A DNA stretch of 44,262 nucleotides from an uncultured Myxococcales bacterium. GTDB lineage: Bacteria; Desulfobacterota; Binatia; UBA1149; SPBQ01. A program made the translations under genes and the position numbers. The DNA lies in the NCBI GenBank assembly GCA_964588545.1, contig CAZPPZ010000001.1:16918-61179 (forward strand). Reading direction: 5' to 3'. Under the pieces are notes generated by a model. The model ran no database searches, was not told the DNA's origin, and was given only the letters and a program-made list of their open reading frames with translations. Numbering within the stretch: the stretch's first letter is position 1; each line of letters starts with the position of its first letter. This document shows positions 1 through 7,714 of this stretch, one piece after another.

Positions 1-520
1 TCTTGAACCGTGCACTCGGTGCCCGCGTCGCCACAGCTAAAGCCTACGACTTCATCGCGCGGATCGCAGGTTCCGACTCCGTCGCAAGTGTCGGGATTGG
101 TGCACTCGGTGTCGGTTACGCTGCCGCAGGCGGTGAGCGCAGCAACAAAGCCGTTGTCTGTGCAGCTGCCGACGCCGTTGCAGGTGTCTTGAACCACGCA
201 CTCGCTGCCCGCGTCGCCGCAGCTAAAGCCCGAGACCTCATCACGTGCATCGCAGGCCCCTGCACCGTCACAGCTGTCGGGGTTGCTGCACTGGGTGTCG
301 GAAGGGTCGCCACAGGCGGTCAGCGCGGCGACAAAGCCGTTATCGGTGCAGCTACCAACGCCGTTACAGGTGTCTTGGACCACGCACTCGCTGCCCGCGT
401 CGCCGCAGTTAAAGCCCGAGAGTTCATCGCGTGCATCGCAGACCCCTGCACCGTCGCAGCTGTCGGGATTGCTGCACTGGGTGTCGGCAGGATCGCCACA
501 GGCAGTCAGTGCCGCAGTAG
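1..520 (-). repeat. Tandem 186-bp (62-codon) coding repeats, at least 2.8 near-identical copies continuing off the left edge
   Basis: Unit starts tcttgaacc / tcttgaacc / tcttggacc at positions 1, 187 and 373, with long identical stretches (cgcactcgctgcccgcgtcgccgcag...). More diverged copies continue to about 870. Confidence 0.85.
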
Positions 521-2774
521 GCGGGTGACTGCAGGCCCCTGCGCCATCGCAGATGTCGTTGGTACAGTCGTTTCCTTCGTCAGCACAGGCGGTACCGCTG
601 GCGATGTTGTTGGCCAAGCACGAACCCGCACCGTCACAACTGTCGGCGGCGCTGCATTCGGTGGCGGTGGGGTCACCACACAGCGCGCCAGCTGCCAGCG
701 CCGGATGGATACAAGTGCCAAGACCGCTACAGACGTCCGCCGTGCAGTCGTTGCCTTCATCGGTGCATGCGGTTCCCTGAGATATGTCATTGGGCTGACA
801 GCTGCCGACTCCGTCGCAGGTATCCTGTGCCGAGCACTCAGTTGCTGCAGCGCCACAGGTGCTACCAACCACAGCGAAGCCATCGGCCGGACATGCTACA
901 TCTGCGCCGGTGCATAACTCTGCCACGTCGCATCCCCCAGCCGCCGGTCGGCACTCGGTGGTCGGTGCCGCCAAAATATCAGCCGGGCAGGTGTCGCTTA
1001 TGCCGTCACACATTTCGGCTAGATCACACACATCAGCGGCTGCCCGACACTGCGCCGTGCTCTTGGTGTCAACGGGACAGGTCGCGCTCGCACCGCTACA
1101 GAATTCTGCCACGTCGCACTCGCCCGCCGCTGCCCGACACTGTGCCGTGCTCATGGTGTCAACGGGGCAGGTCGCGCTCGCACCGGTGCAGAATTCTGCC
1201 ACGTCGCACTCTCCTGCTGCCGCCCGGCACTGGGTAGTCGCGGGCATTAGTTGACAGGTGGACGAGCAGCAATCACCGTTCAGGGTATTGCCGTCCTCAC
1301 AACTTTCGCCCGCAGTTACCACCGCGTCGCCGCAAGTTACGTCGCCGCCAGTGGCCCCCGATACTTTCACCACGGTCATGCCTGGTGATGTTCCGGTGTT
1401 GTCGATAAACCCACCAGCCAGCACGTTTCCTTCGGAATCAATGTCGATCGCAAAGGCCTCATCACGAACCCCCGGGGCGCCAGTTATCACGCGACGCCAG
1501 AGTTCTGCACCGCTGGCCCCAGCAAACTTGAGGATCGCGAAATCCAGCGAAGCCGGGTCCTTAATAAACCCTGACGCGACGACATCGCCCGACGCATCCA
1601 CCGTGAGGCCTCTAGCCTGGTCGGTGTTGGTAGCGCTCCCATCAATCTCACGACGCCAGGTTTCGCTGCCGGTCGCAGCCGATAGTTTAACTACTGTGAA
1701 GTCATCGGTGGATCCGGTATTTACGATTGTTCCAGCGGCGAATACATCGTCCGCAGCATCGACATCGACGTCGAAAGCGCTGTCGATACTGCCCTTGGTC
1801 CCGTCGCGCGTATAGCTCCAGAGCACCGATCCATCTACCGCTGCCAGCTTGACCACCGCAAAGTCCTCGTCGATCATGCCGCTGACCACAACGTTGCCGG
1901 CGCTGTTTAGAGCTATCGCCCTTGCCGCTCCAGAACTTCCCGGCTGGTTATCGATCCGGCTAGACCAAATAACTGATCCGGTCAGTCCAGAGAGCTTGAC
2001 TACCCCAAAGTCGTCATCGAGGGTCGCGGCTACGACGACGTCATCGCTAGCGTCGGCGATGAGAGCAGCAGCCGAATCGAGTCCGTTCGCGGTATCGATC
2101 TGCCGCGTCCAGAGTATGTTGCCACTGCTACCGTTGATCTTCATCACGAGCAGGTCGTCGCCACCGGCTGTGCTCACAACGAACCCGGCAGCAAGTACGT
2201 CGCCAGCAGAATCGATGGTGACGGCCAGCGCCTGGTCATCACTTCCGGCGTCGCCATCAATTTCGGCACGCCAGAGCTCGGCGCCGCTAGAGCCTGCAAG
2301 TTTCACAACTGTAAAGCGCCCACTGGTCAGGCTGAAGCGGACCATACCTGCTGCCACCACCCCGCCATCTGGATGTACAACGATTCCGAAGCCTTGCGAA
2401 TTTCGATCTTCTGGATCATTGATCTCGGCGCGCCAGAGCTCCGTCCCATCCGCCGCGGATAGCTTGGCTACCGTAAAGTCTTTGGACGCCTTGGCCGGAT
2501 CACCTGGGAACAGCGGGTTAAAGTTCTCGGTAACGCCGACGGCTACAGCGTTGTTTCCTGCATCGACCGCGATGGCCCGCGCTTCATTTGCCCCTGTAAG
2601 AACCGTTCCGTTCAGGCTGGTCTGCCACGCCAGTGCCGTTCGTGGTACCAGCAATGCAAGCAGCGTCAGGAGCATCACTCCCCCAATGAGGAGAGCGCGC
2701 CAGGTCTGGCTAGATGTTACGAAAGAAAGTTCGGGCGTTAATACAAGAGAATCGCGAACAGGCTTGCGACACAT
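1..2774 (-). CDS. Secreted multidomain protein, C-terminus cut by the left window edge: signal/TM segment, about 8 beta-propeller-type repeats, then cysteine-rich repeat modules (myxo-type, disintegrin-like and CTxDxC-type)
   Basis: Not in the ORF track because it has no stop in the window. The minus strand has ATG at 2774..2772, 6 nt after GGAGGG. My hand translation reads open to position 1 (924 codons): MCRKPVRDSLVL...LLIGGVMLLTLLALLVPRTALAWQ. Repeats follow, such as DFTVAKLSAADGTELWRAEI, FTVVKLAGSSGAELWRAEIDG and FAVVKLAAVDGSVLWSY. Next comes CGDAVVTAGESCEDGNTLNGDCCSSTCQ, then 4x QCRAAAGECDVAEFCTGASATCPVD-type units, then 62-aa CGDPxDTQCSNPDSCDGAGxC...CGDAGSECVVQDTCNGVGSC units. The plus-strand ORFs 3..917, 1258..1815 and 1849..2817 are antisense shadows. 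Confidence 0.85.
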   Translation of the reverse strand, partial: MCRKPVRDSLVLTPELSFVTSSQTWRALLIGGVMLLTLLALLVPRTALAWQTSLNGTVLTGANEARAIAVDAGNNAVAVGVTENFNPLFPGDPAKASKDFTVAKLSAADGTELWRAEINDPEDRNSQGFGIVVHPDGGVVAAGMVRFSLTSGRFTVVKLAGSSGAELWRAEIDGDAGSDDQALAVTIDSAGDVLAAGFVVSTAGGDDLLVMKINGSSGNILWTRQIDTANGLDSAAALIADASDDVVVAATLDDDFGVVKLSGLTGSVIWSSRIDNQPGSSGAARAIALNSAGNVVVSGMIDEDFAVVKLAAVDGSVLWSYTRDGTKGSIDSAFDVDVDAADDVFAAGTIVNTGSTDDFTVVKLSAATGSETWRREIDGSATNTDQARGLTVDASGDVVASGFIKDPASLDFAILKFAGASGAELWRRVITGAPGVRDEAFAIDIDSEGNVLAGGFIDNTGTSPGMTVVKVSGATGGDVTCGDAVVTAGESCEDGNTLNGDCCSSTCQLMPATTQCRAAAGECDVAEFCTGASATCPVDTMSTAQCRAAAGECDVAEFCSGASATCPVDTKSTAQCRAAADVCDLAEMCDGISDTCPADILAAPTTECRPAAGGCDVAELCTGADVACPADGFAVVGSTCGAAATECSAQDTCDGVGSCQPNDISQGTACTDEGNDCTADVCSGLGTCIHPALAAGALCGDPTATECSAADSCDGAGSCLANNIASGTACADEGNDCTNDICDGAGACSHPPTAALTACGDPADTQCSNPDSCDGAGVCDARDELSGFNCGDAGSECVVQDTCNGVGSCTDNGFVAALTACGDPSDTQCSNPDSCDGAGACDARDEVSGFSCGDAGSECVVQDTCNGVGSCTDNGFVAALTACGSVTDTECTNPDTCDGVGTCDPRDEVVGFSCGDAGTECTVQ
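1041..1220 (-). repeat. Two near-identical 90-bp (30-codon) tandem repeats encoding disintegrin-like CR-x5-CD-x2-E-x-C-x-G-x-S-x2-CP-x-D units
   Basis: tgcccgacactg[c/t]gccgtgctc[t/a]tggtgtcaacgg... recurs at 1041 and 1131. Two further diverged copies flank it, down to about 900. Confidence 0.85.
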
Positions 2775-3166
2775 GCTGTTCCCTCCGGATGTAGACTGTA
2801 TGCACCATAGTCATTGAAGCGCTCGCCGTCGCATCCAAGCGACGTACGAGCCTGCTCGCATAACCCGTCCGAGATCTACCCGTCAAGCAATAATCCGCGG
2901 GCAACACGCTGCGCGCGTCACTTGGTGGTGCGACTTTGCCAGCAATCGTAGCGAACAACCCAATCGAACGAGCTAGTGAGAATCGCGGATGACCCGCTTA
3001 AACAAGTCAAAACCGGCGTGTTTGGACGAAATAGTGGTGTTGCCGTGGTGTCACAAACGAGCGTAGGCTCGGATTGCGACGCATCGCAGCACCCGCAGCC
3101 GGAGACTACAGTTGGGCACCCCCATGTGGATGCGCTGGTGTCAGCGCACGCGGGGGTGATTCGACG

Positions 3167-4546
3167 CTATCTAGCGAAGAGTACCGATACTCGTGGATGG
3201 TCAAAAGCGGGGATGTCGTCGCCGACGAAGATCATCCGAAAAGTATCGGTCTCGCCTGCCATGATTGCGGCGATCTCGATCCCAGCATCCTCGCGAGTCT
3301 GGCCCTCGTCTAGATGAATCAACATTTCGGCTGAGCGGTTGTAGCCTTGTTCCTGGTAGACCACCTCACCGTCAGCGTCGATCAGTTCGAAGAGCAGCTT
3401 AACGTGATCGATCGCCGCGCCCGAGGTGTTCTCTAGCGACCCGGTTACGATCAACAGTCCCTTGCTCTTGCCCGCGCCGGCATCGGCGGTGGGCATACCG
3501 AAGTTGCCGCCAAGAAAGCCGCTCCAGTAGTTACGCGTGGATAGAATACGCACGTCGTCCTTGCGGCCAACGTCAATCGGTGCGCTATGGTACTTCCAAA
3601 CCGTGGTGTCGGGGTGGAAGGTGTACCACGCGAACCAATAGAGACTGGTCCCGCTCAGCAGACGGCCGTCAACGTAAGCGGTGGCCGAGCTACCGTCGAA
3701 TTCGACACGAATCATTTTGCCTGCGAACCTCTCTTCTAAGGGCTGGCGGCGATGTTCCAATTCGGAGAACGGGTACGCCCGGGCTTGGCCATCGATGACG
3801 ATCCCCAGCACTTTCTCTTTGTTGTGGTAGAGCGCACTGCGGTGGCTGGGGCGAAACATCAGTGATCCCGACAGCGCGTAGTTCTCGTAGGGGTCGCGAT
3901 TGTAGTCACGCGAGTAACCGGTATCGAGCGACAAAACCTCCGTGCCAGGGTGCCCGCTTCGCCACGAGCTCCAGCTGGTGACCACCGCGGGCAGCTCGGT
4001 GAGGGTGCTTTCGAGCTGTTCGCCGGTAACCGCTTTGGCGCCGAGCTGCGACCACAGGCTCTGGCTTTGATGGTCGTACATCAGCAGGTTGCTGTCGTAG
4101 AGCCTGCCTGAAACTCCCAAGGTCAAAGTAGTGTCGCCACGGCGTCGGTCAAAAACACGGACGCTACCGGTAAGCGGGCAATAGGTGACCGCTAGAGGCT
4201 GGTCACCAACCTCGTCGTTGACGATCTCGTGCCAGGTGAGAATGCGCAGCGGGTAGGCTTTGTCGGGCTGTCCCGCTGTGGCCGAGGCTATACCTACGAC
4301 CGACTCATCGGGACGCAGCCAGGTGGCGGCGGCGGCGCTGACGAACTGCGGCGAAAGCAGGGCGGGAATACCGTCCTTGGGTGGCCCGCCTGAGAGTATC
4401 TCTTCTAAGGGTACGCTGTGGCGGCTGAGGTCGAATTCATCGCCGGCGGTGGCTGTCGTTGCCAGCGCACCAGCGAGTAGAGTTGCGATTGCAAAAGCGG
4501 CCCCTGGCGCCGTGATCGATAGCCTCGTTCTCGCGCTTTGTCTCAT
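3167..4546 (-). CDS. DUF3179 family secreted protein with an additional C-terminal domain of about 120 aa
   Basis: ORF 3167..4588. Family hallmarks are GGPPKDGIPAL, VTYCPLTGS, GVSGRLYDSNLLMYDHQSQSLWSQ and WFAWYTFHPDT. The signal-like N-terminus MRQSARTRLSITAPGAAFAIATLLAGALA favours the ATG at 4546. Confidence 0.8.
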   Translation of the reverse strand: MRQSARTRLSITAPGAAFAIATLLAGALATTATAGDEFDLSRHSVPLEEILSGGPPKDGIPALLSPQFVSAAAATWLRPDESVVGIASATAGQPDKAYPLRILTWHEIVNDEVGDQPLAVTYCPLTGSVRVFDRRRGDTTLTLGVSGRLYDSNLLMYDHQSQSLWSQLGAKAVTGEQLESTLTELPAVVTSWSSWRSGHPGTEVLSLDTGYSRDYNRDPYENYALSGSLMFRPSHRSALYHNKEKVLGIVIDGQARAYPFSELEHRRQPLEERFAGKMIRVEFDGSSATAYVDGRLLSGTSLYWFAWYTFHPDTTVWKYHSAPIDVGRKDDVRILSTRNYWSGFLGGNFGMPTADAGAGKSKGLLIVTGSLENTSGAAIDHVKLLFELIDADGEVVYQEQGYNRSAEMLIHLDEGQTREDAGIEIAAIMAGETDTFRMIFVGDDIPAFDHPRVSVLFAR

Positions 4547-4672
4547 GGCTTTTGAGTAATACGCGCTGAGTCGGGGGGAGTTACCCAACCTTGGGGGCCG
4601 TCCCTGGCCCTACTCGGCTGTACTCGAGTAGCCAGGGCCAATATAGAGGCAGGCTAGTAGGAGGGGTTAGGC

Positions 4673-5431
4673 ATGGGTATGGATCTTCAAGGAAAAACGG
4701 CATTGGTCACCGGTAGCGGAGTGGGTACCGGCCGGGCCGTGGCGCTGGCCTTGGCTGGCCGTGGTTGTGCTGTGGCTGTCAACTATTCGCGTTCTAAGAG
4801 CGAGGCCGAGACCACCGCCGAAGAGGTCGGCAAGCTCGGGGTGAAATCCCTAGCGCTGCGTGCCGATGTCAGCGAAGAAACGGAGGTCCGCGCGATGACC
4901 GAGGAGGTGCTGGCCAGCTTTGGCCGACTGGACTTTTTGGTGAACAACGCCGGCATCACACGTTTTATCGACCACGCCGACTTAGATGGGGTTAGCTACG
5001 AAGACTGGGAAGCAATATTTCGTACCAATGCCTGGGGAAGCTTCGTGGCGACCCGCGCTGCCGTGCCGGCCCTGCGCAAAGACGGTGGTGGCGCCATCGT
5101 CAACCTCTCGAGTATAGCGGGTGTTTACGCCACCGGCAGCTCGGTGCCCTACTGTGCCTCCAAGGCCGCGATCAACAACATGACCGTGTCGCTGGCCCGC
5201 GCCTTGGCTCCCGAGATTCGCGTCAACGCCGTAGCGCCGGGTTTTATCGACACCCGTTGGTGGAAGGATCGCGAGCACTACGAAGTGGTAAAGGAGTTCG
5301 CCACCGAGGCCACCCCGCTAAAACGAGTTTGCCAGCCCGAAGACGTGAGCAAAGTCGTGGTCGATCTGCTCAGCTCCGAACTGATCACCGGGCAGATCCT
5401 GGTGGTTGACGGCGGCATGGGGATAAAGTGA
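4673..5431 (+). CDS. Short-chain dehydrogenase/reductase (FabG-like SDR)
   Basis: TGSGVGTGRAVA (Rossmann motif), NNAG and YCASKAA (catalytic YxxxK). RBS taggagggg lies upstream of the ATG. Confidence 0.9.
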   Translation: MGMDLQGKTALVTGSGVGTGRAVALALAGRGCAVAVNYSRSKSEAETTAEEVGKLGVKSLALRADVSEETEVRAMTEEVLASFGRLDFLVNNAGITRFIDHADLDGVSYEDWEAIFRTNAWGSFVATRAAVPALRKDGGGAIVNLSSIAGVYATGSSVPYCASKAAINNMTVSLARALAPEIRVNAVAPGFIDTRWWKDREHYEVVKEFATEATPLKRVCQPEDVSKVVVDLLSSELITGQILVVDGGMGIK

Positions 5432-5913
5432 GAGGCACCACGCGGCGATTCCCCCGAGCCACGGCGTTAGCGTGCTCACTACTGACTGCTGCGCTGCTTG
5501 GTGGCTGCGGCGATGATCCGCAGGGGACGCAGAGAGTCTCGTTCTCGGTCGATAGTTCGCTGGAGTTTTCAGATTCGTCCGCTTTTTTGTCAGGCGGCGG
5601 TCCCGAGTCATCCACCGTTGAACTGTTTTCGTGTACGTTCTTTTCTGACCGACTTCTCGCAGTAGATGATTTTGCGGGCCGAGTGGTCCAGGCGTTGAAC
5701 CGGGATCGCGCCCAACCGTTTTTATGCACCGTGGCTACGGCGAAAGAATCCTCTTGCTCCAGTTGCCGCCCTTGCGAACGAAGAGTTCGCGGTGGTGCAG
5801 ACGGGGCTCGTGGCGGGTCCAAAACTCGATGCGGTTGGGGATCAGCACTGAGCCTGTCCAACCGGCTGGCCGTGGGACCTCGCAGCCGGCGAACTTTTTC
5901 TCGAGCCGCTTGA
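5428..5913 (+). CDS. Putative small lipoprotein (3' end uncertain)
   Basis: The GTG start overlaps the SDR stop (gtga). The signal peptide plus lipobox is good: MRGTTRRFPRATALACSLLTAALLGGC. The last 179 nt overlap the convergent pdxH and look non-protein-like. Confidence 0.35.
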   Translation: MRGTTRRFPRATALACSLLTAALLGGCGDDPQGTQRVSFSVDSSLEFSDSSAFLSGGGPESSTVELFSCTFFSDRLLAVDDFAGRVVQALNRDRAQPFLCTVATAKESSCSSCRPCERRVRGGADGARGGSKTRCGWGSALSLSNRLAVGPRSRRTFSRAA

Positions 5914-6316
5914 ACTCCGCCAGTAGCGCGGCACGGCTGGGGATTTCGTGGCTCTGTCGCGATGCCCGCGAGGCTATCTGGCTGGCCCCCGGGCGCTCGG
6001 CCCAGTAGGCATCGGCCTCTTCGGCCGAGACGGGTTTGATGCGCCCTTCCACGCGCACCTGACGGCCGGTCTCATGCCAGTAAAAGGCTAGCGAAGCCCA
6101 GGGATTAGCGCGCATCTCGCGGCTCTTGCGGCTAGCGGTGTTGGTGTAGAAGACGAAGCCCTCGGCGGTAGCGTCTTTTAGCAACATGTAGCGAACCGAG
6201 GGGCGCCCGCGCGAGTCAGCAGTGGCCAGTGCGGCAGTTTCGGCCAGTTCTATGCCGGCGGCACGGGCGTCGGCTAACCAGCGGCGAAAACGACGAATAG
6301 GATCTGCAACAGCCAT
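5735..6316 (-). CDS. pdxH: Pyridoxamine 5'-phosphate oxidase
   Basis: From the internal ATG at 6316: MAVADPIRRFRRWLADA...RPSVRYMLLKD...GFVFYTNTASRKSREM..NPWASLAFYW....RQVRVEG...FWTRHEPRLHHRELF....WSKRILSP, the typical PdxH layout and C-terminus. Confidence 0.9.
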   Translation of the reverse strand: MAVADPIRRFRRWLADARAAGIELAETAALATADSRGRPSVRYMLLKDATAEGFVFYTNTASRKSREMRANPWASLAFYWHETGRQVRVEGRIKPVSAEEADAYWAERPGASQIASRASRQSHEIPSRAALLAEFKRLEKKFAGCEVPRPAGWTGSVLIPNRIEFWTRHEPRLHHRELFVRKGGNWSKRILSP

Positions 6317-6366
6317 GCGGCCGACTTTAGGTGCGTCGCCGCGAACGGTCAAAGCGCGTCTGGTGC

Positions 6367-7164
6367 TCAGTCTACTTGGGCCAAGCCGCCGCGCTCGAGC
6401 GCGACGCCTTTTTCCAGACAAGCGAGCAGGCGACGGTAGTGTTGCTCGCTCTGGCCTACCTCACCCAGCGCACGCCCGGGCCCGGTGGTTACATAGATGC
6501 TACGCGGCAGAGCCAGCTCGGCGGTAACCTCGGGGAGATGGGTCATGGTGATGGTGGCAATGCCGCGTTTTTCGATGACTCTAGCAATCAGTCCGACCGA
6601 CCGATGACACGACGCTCAAGCCGGGGTGAGCAGTACCAGGTCTACCTCGTCAGCGAGCAGCATTTCGGCGATTTCAGGAGCGGTGTCCGAGATCAGTTCC
6701 GAGGGGTCAGCGATGCTGCCGCTGAGGCTGAATTGGCGCGGTGATACCGCGCCGATGCGGCCGTCGCTGGCTAGCTTGCGTAGTGTTGCCAAGGGGAAGA
6801 GCACCTCAACATCGTTGTGGACGGCGTCGCTGTTGTAGAAAGCGTGGCTGACGCGCAGCAACTCGAGAGTCTCGAGGCCGGGGATGACGCGGTAGGAGCA
6901 ATCACCGCTTTGGCTGGCGAGATCGAAGGGCTGCTGCCCCGGGGCAATGATGCCACCGGAGTTGATCAGTGCCACCTTGCACTGAGAAAGAGGCTTCGAC
7001 AGGGGTTGCCATGGAGCCAAGTCACTGTGCCAGGCCTTGGTGCCGGCGTGGGCCAGCATCTCGTAGAGCAGGGGCAAGTGGCGCTGTAGGCGCAGAGCCA
7101 GCGCTGATTTGAGCTTGAGGCCCAATCCTAGAGGTGTGGCCGAAGCGATGCGACGATAGTCCAT
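6367..7164 (-). CDS. GrdB/PrdB-family (glycine/sarcosine/betaine/D-proline reductase selenoprotein B-like) protein with in-frame UGA (Sec183) in a U-x-x-C motif
   Basis: Track ORF 6616..7191 ends at TGA 6618..6616. The same frame stays open for 82 more codons to TGA 6369..6367; I checked every triplet. It reads ...DLVLLTPA-U-ASCHRSVGLIARVIEKRGIATITMTHLPEVTAELALPRSIYVTTGPGRALGEVGQ... The likely start is the ATG at 7164, preceded by GAGGATAGAGG. pdxH starts 50 nt downstream. Confidence 0.8.
6587..6605 (-). promoter_or_regulatory. Candidate bacterial SECIS hairpin downstream of the GrdB-like UGA
   Basis: The mRNA reads UGA-GCGUCGUGUC-AUCGGUC-GGUCG-GACUGAU: a 7-bp stem (one G-U pair) with apical loop GGUCG, starting 11 nt after the UGA. 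Hand-folded only. Confidence 0.4.
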
Positions 7165-7271
7165 GCCTCTATCCTCTAGCGGCAGCGCCACCGCGATACA
7201 AAGACCGGGTTGGGTTTCAACGGCAGCGGCTTGTCGCTACACTCGCCGTTGCCGCGGGTGGAGGACTCATC

Positions 7272-7658
7272 GTGGTAAGCAAACGACAAGGCCTGATCGA
7301 GACCCTGTATCTCGCCATCTACGTACTACTGGCCACCCATGAGATCGACTCCGCCTATTGGCATGAGTGGCAGCTCTTTCATATGGGCGGCGGCATTCAG
7401 TTCTTTCTAGTGTTCAATATCGTGTTTCTGTGGCTGTTCCTCCACGGCTTCCGTGCGCTTGTGGCTGGCCGATCGTCAGGGCGTAGCTTCGCGCTGCTGC
7501 TTGCCGTCACCGGAGTGGTTACGTTTCTTATTCATTCGTTCTTCTTGTGGCGGGGTGAGCCGCAGTTTCGCCTTCCTGGGTCGCTGGCGGTACTGGCCGC
7601 GATACTGCTGTGTTCACTCGCGCAGTTGCGCGTGCTGATGAAGGCTAGTTCCGACTAG
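7272..7658 (+). CDS. Small integral membrane protein (about 4 TM segments), function unknown
   Basis: ORF 7134..7658. Its 5' part is antisense to the GrdB-like gene. An internal GTG at 7272 follows GGAGGA by 6 nt. The sequence is hydrophobic: LYLAIYVLLATHEIDSAYWHEWQLFHMGGGIQFFLVFNIVFLWLFLHGF... Confidence 0.6.
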   Translation: MVSKRQGLIETLYLAIYVLLATHEIDSAYWHEWQLFHMGGGIQFFLVFNIVFLWLFLHGFRALVAGRSSGRSFALLLAVTGVVTFLIHSFFLWRGEPQFRLPGSLAVLAAILLCSLAQLRVLMKASSD

Positions 7659-7714
7659 CAGCCCGCTCGCTGAGAAGAAGCTCTGTCGTCGCGGTGCACA
7701 CTTCGAGGGGGCCG

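Noticed and set aside
3-2817. Long plus-strand ORFs 3..917 (304 aa), 859..1254, 1258..1815 and 1849..2817 (322 aa)
   Set aside because: Their translations are low-complexity and Ala/Ser/Pro/Thr-rich with no motifs. The minus strand encodes one continuous, motif-rich, RBS-preceded gene (2774 to the window edge). These ORFs are its antisense shadows in GC-rich DNA.
6331-6744. Plus-strand ORF of 137 aa spanning the GrdB-like TGA region, and ORF 6222..6527
   Set aside because: Both are antisense to the GrdB-like selenoprotein and pdxH. They have no RBS or motifs, and the minus-strand reading explains the region.
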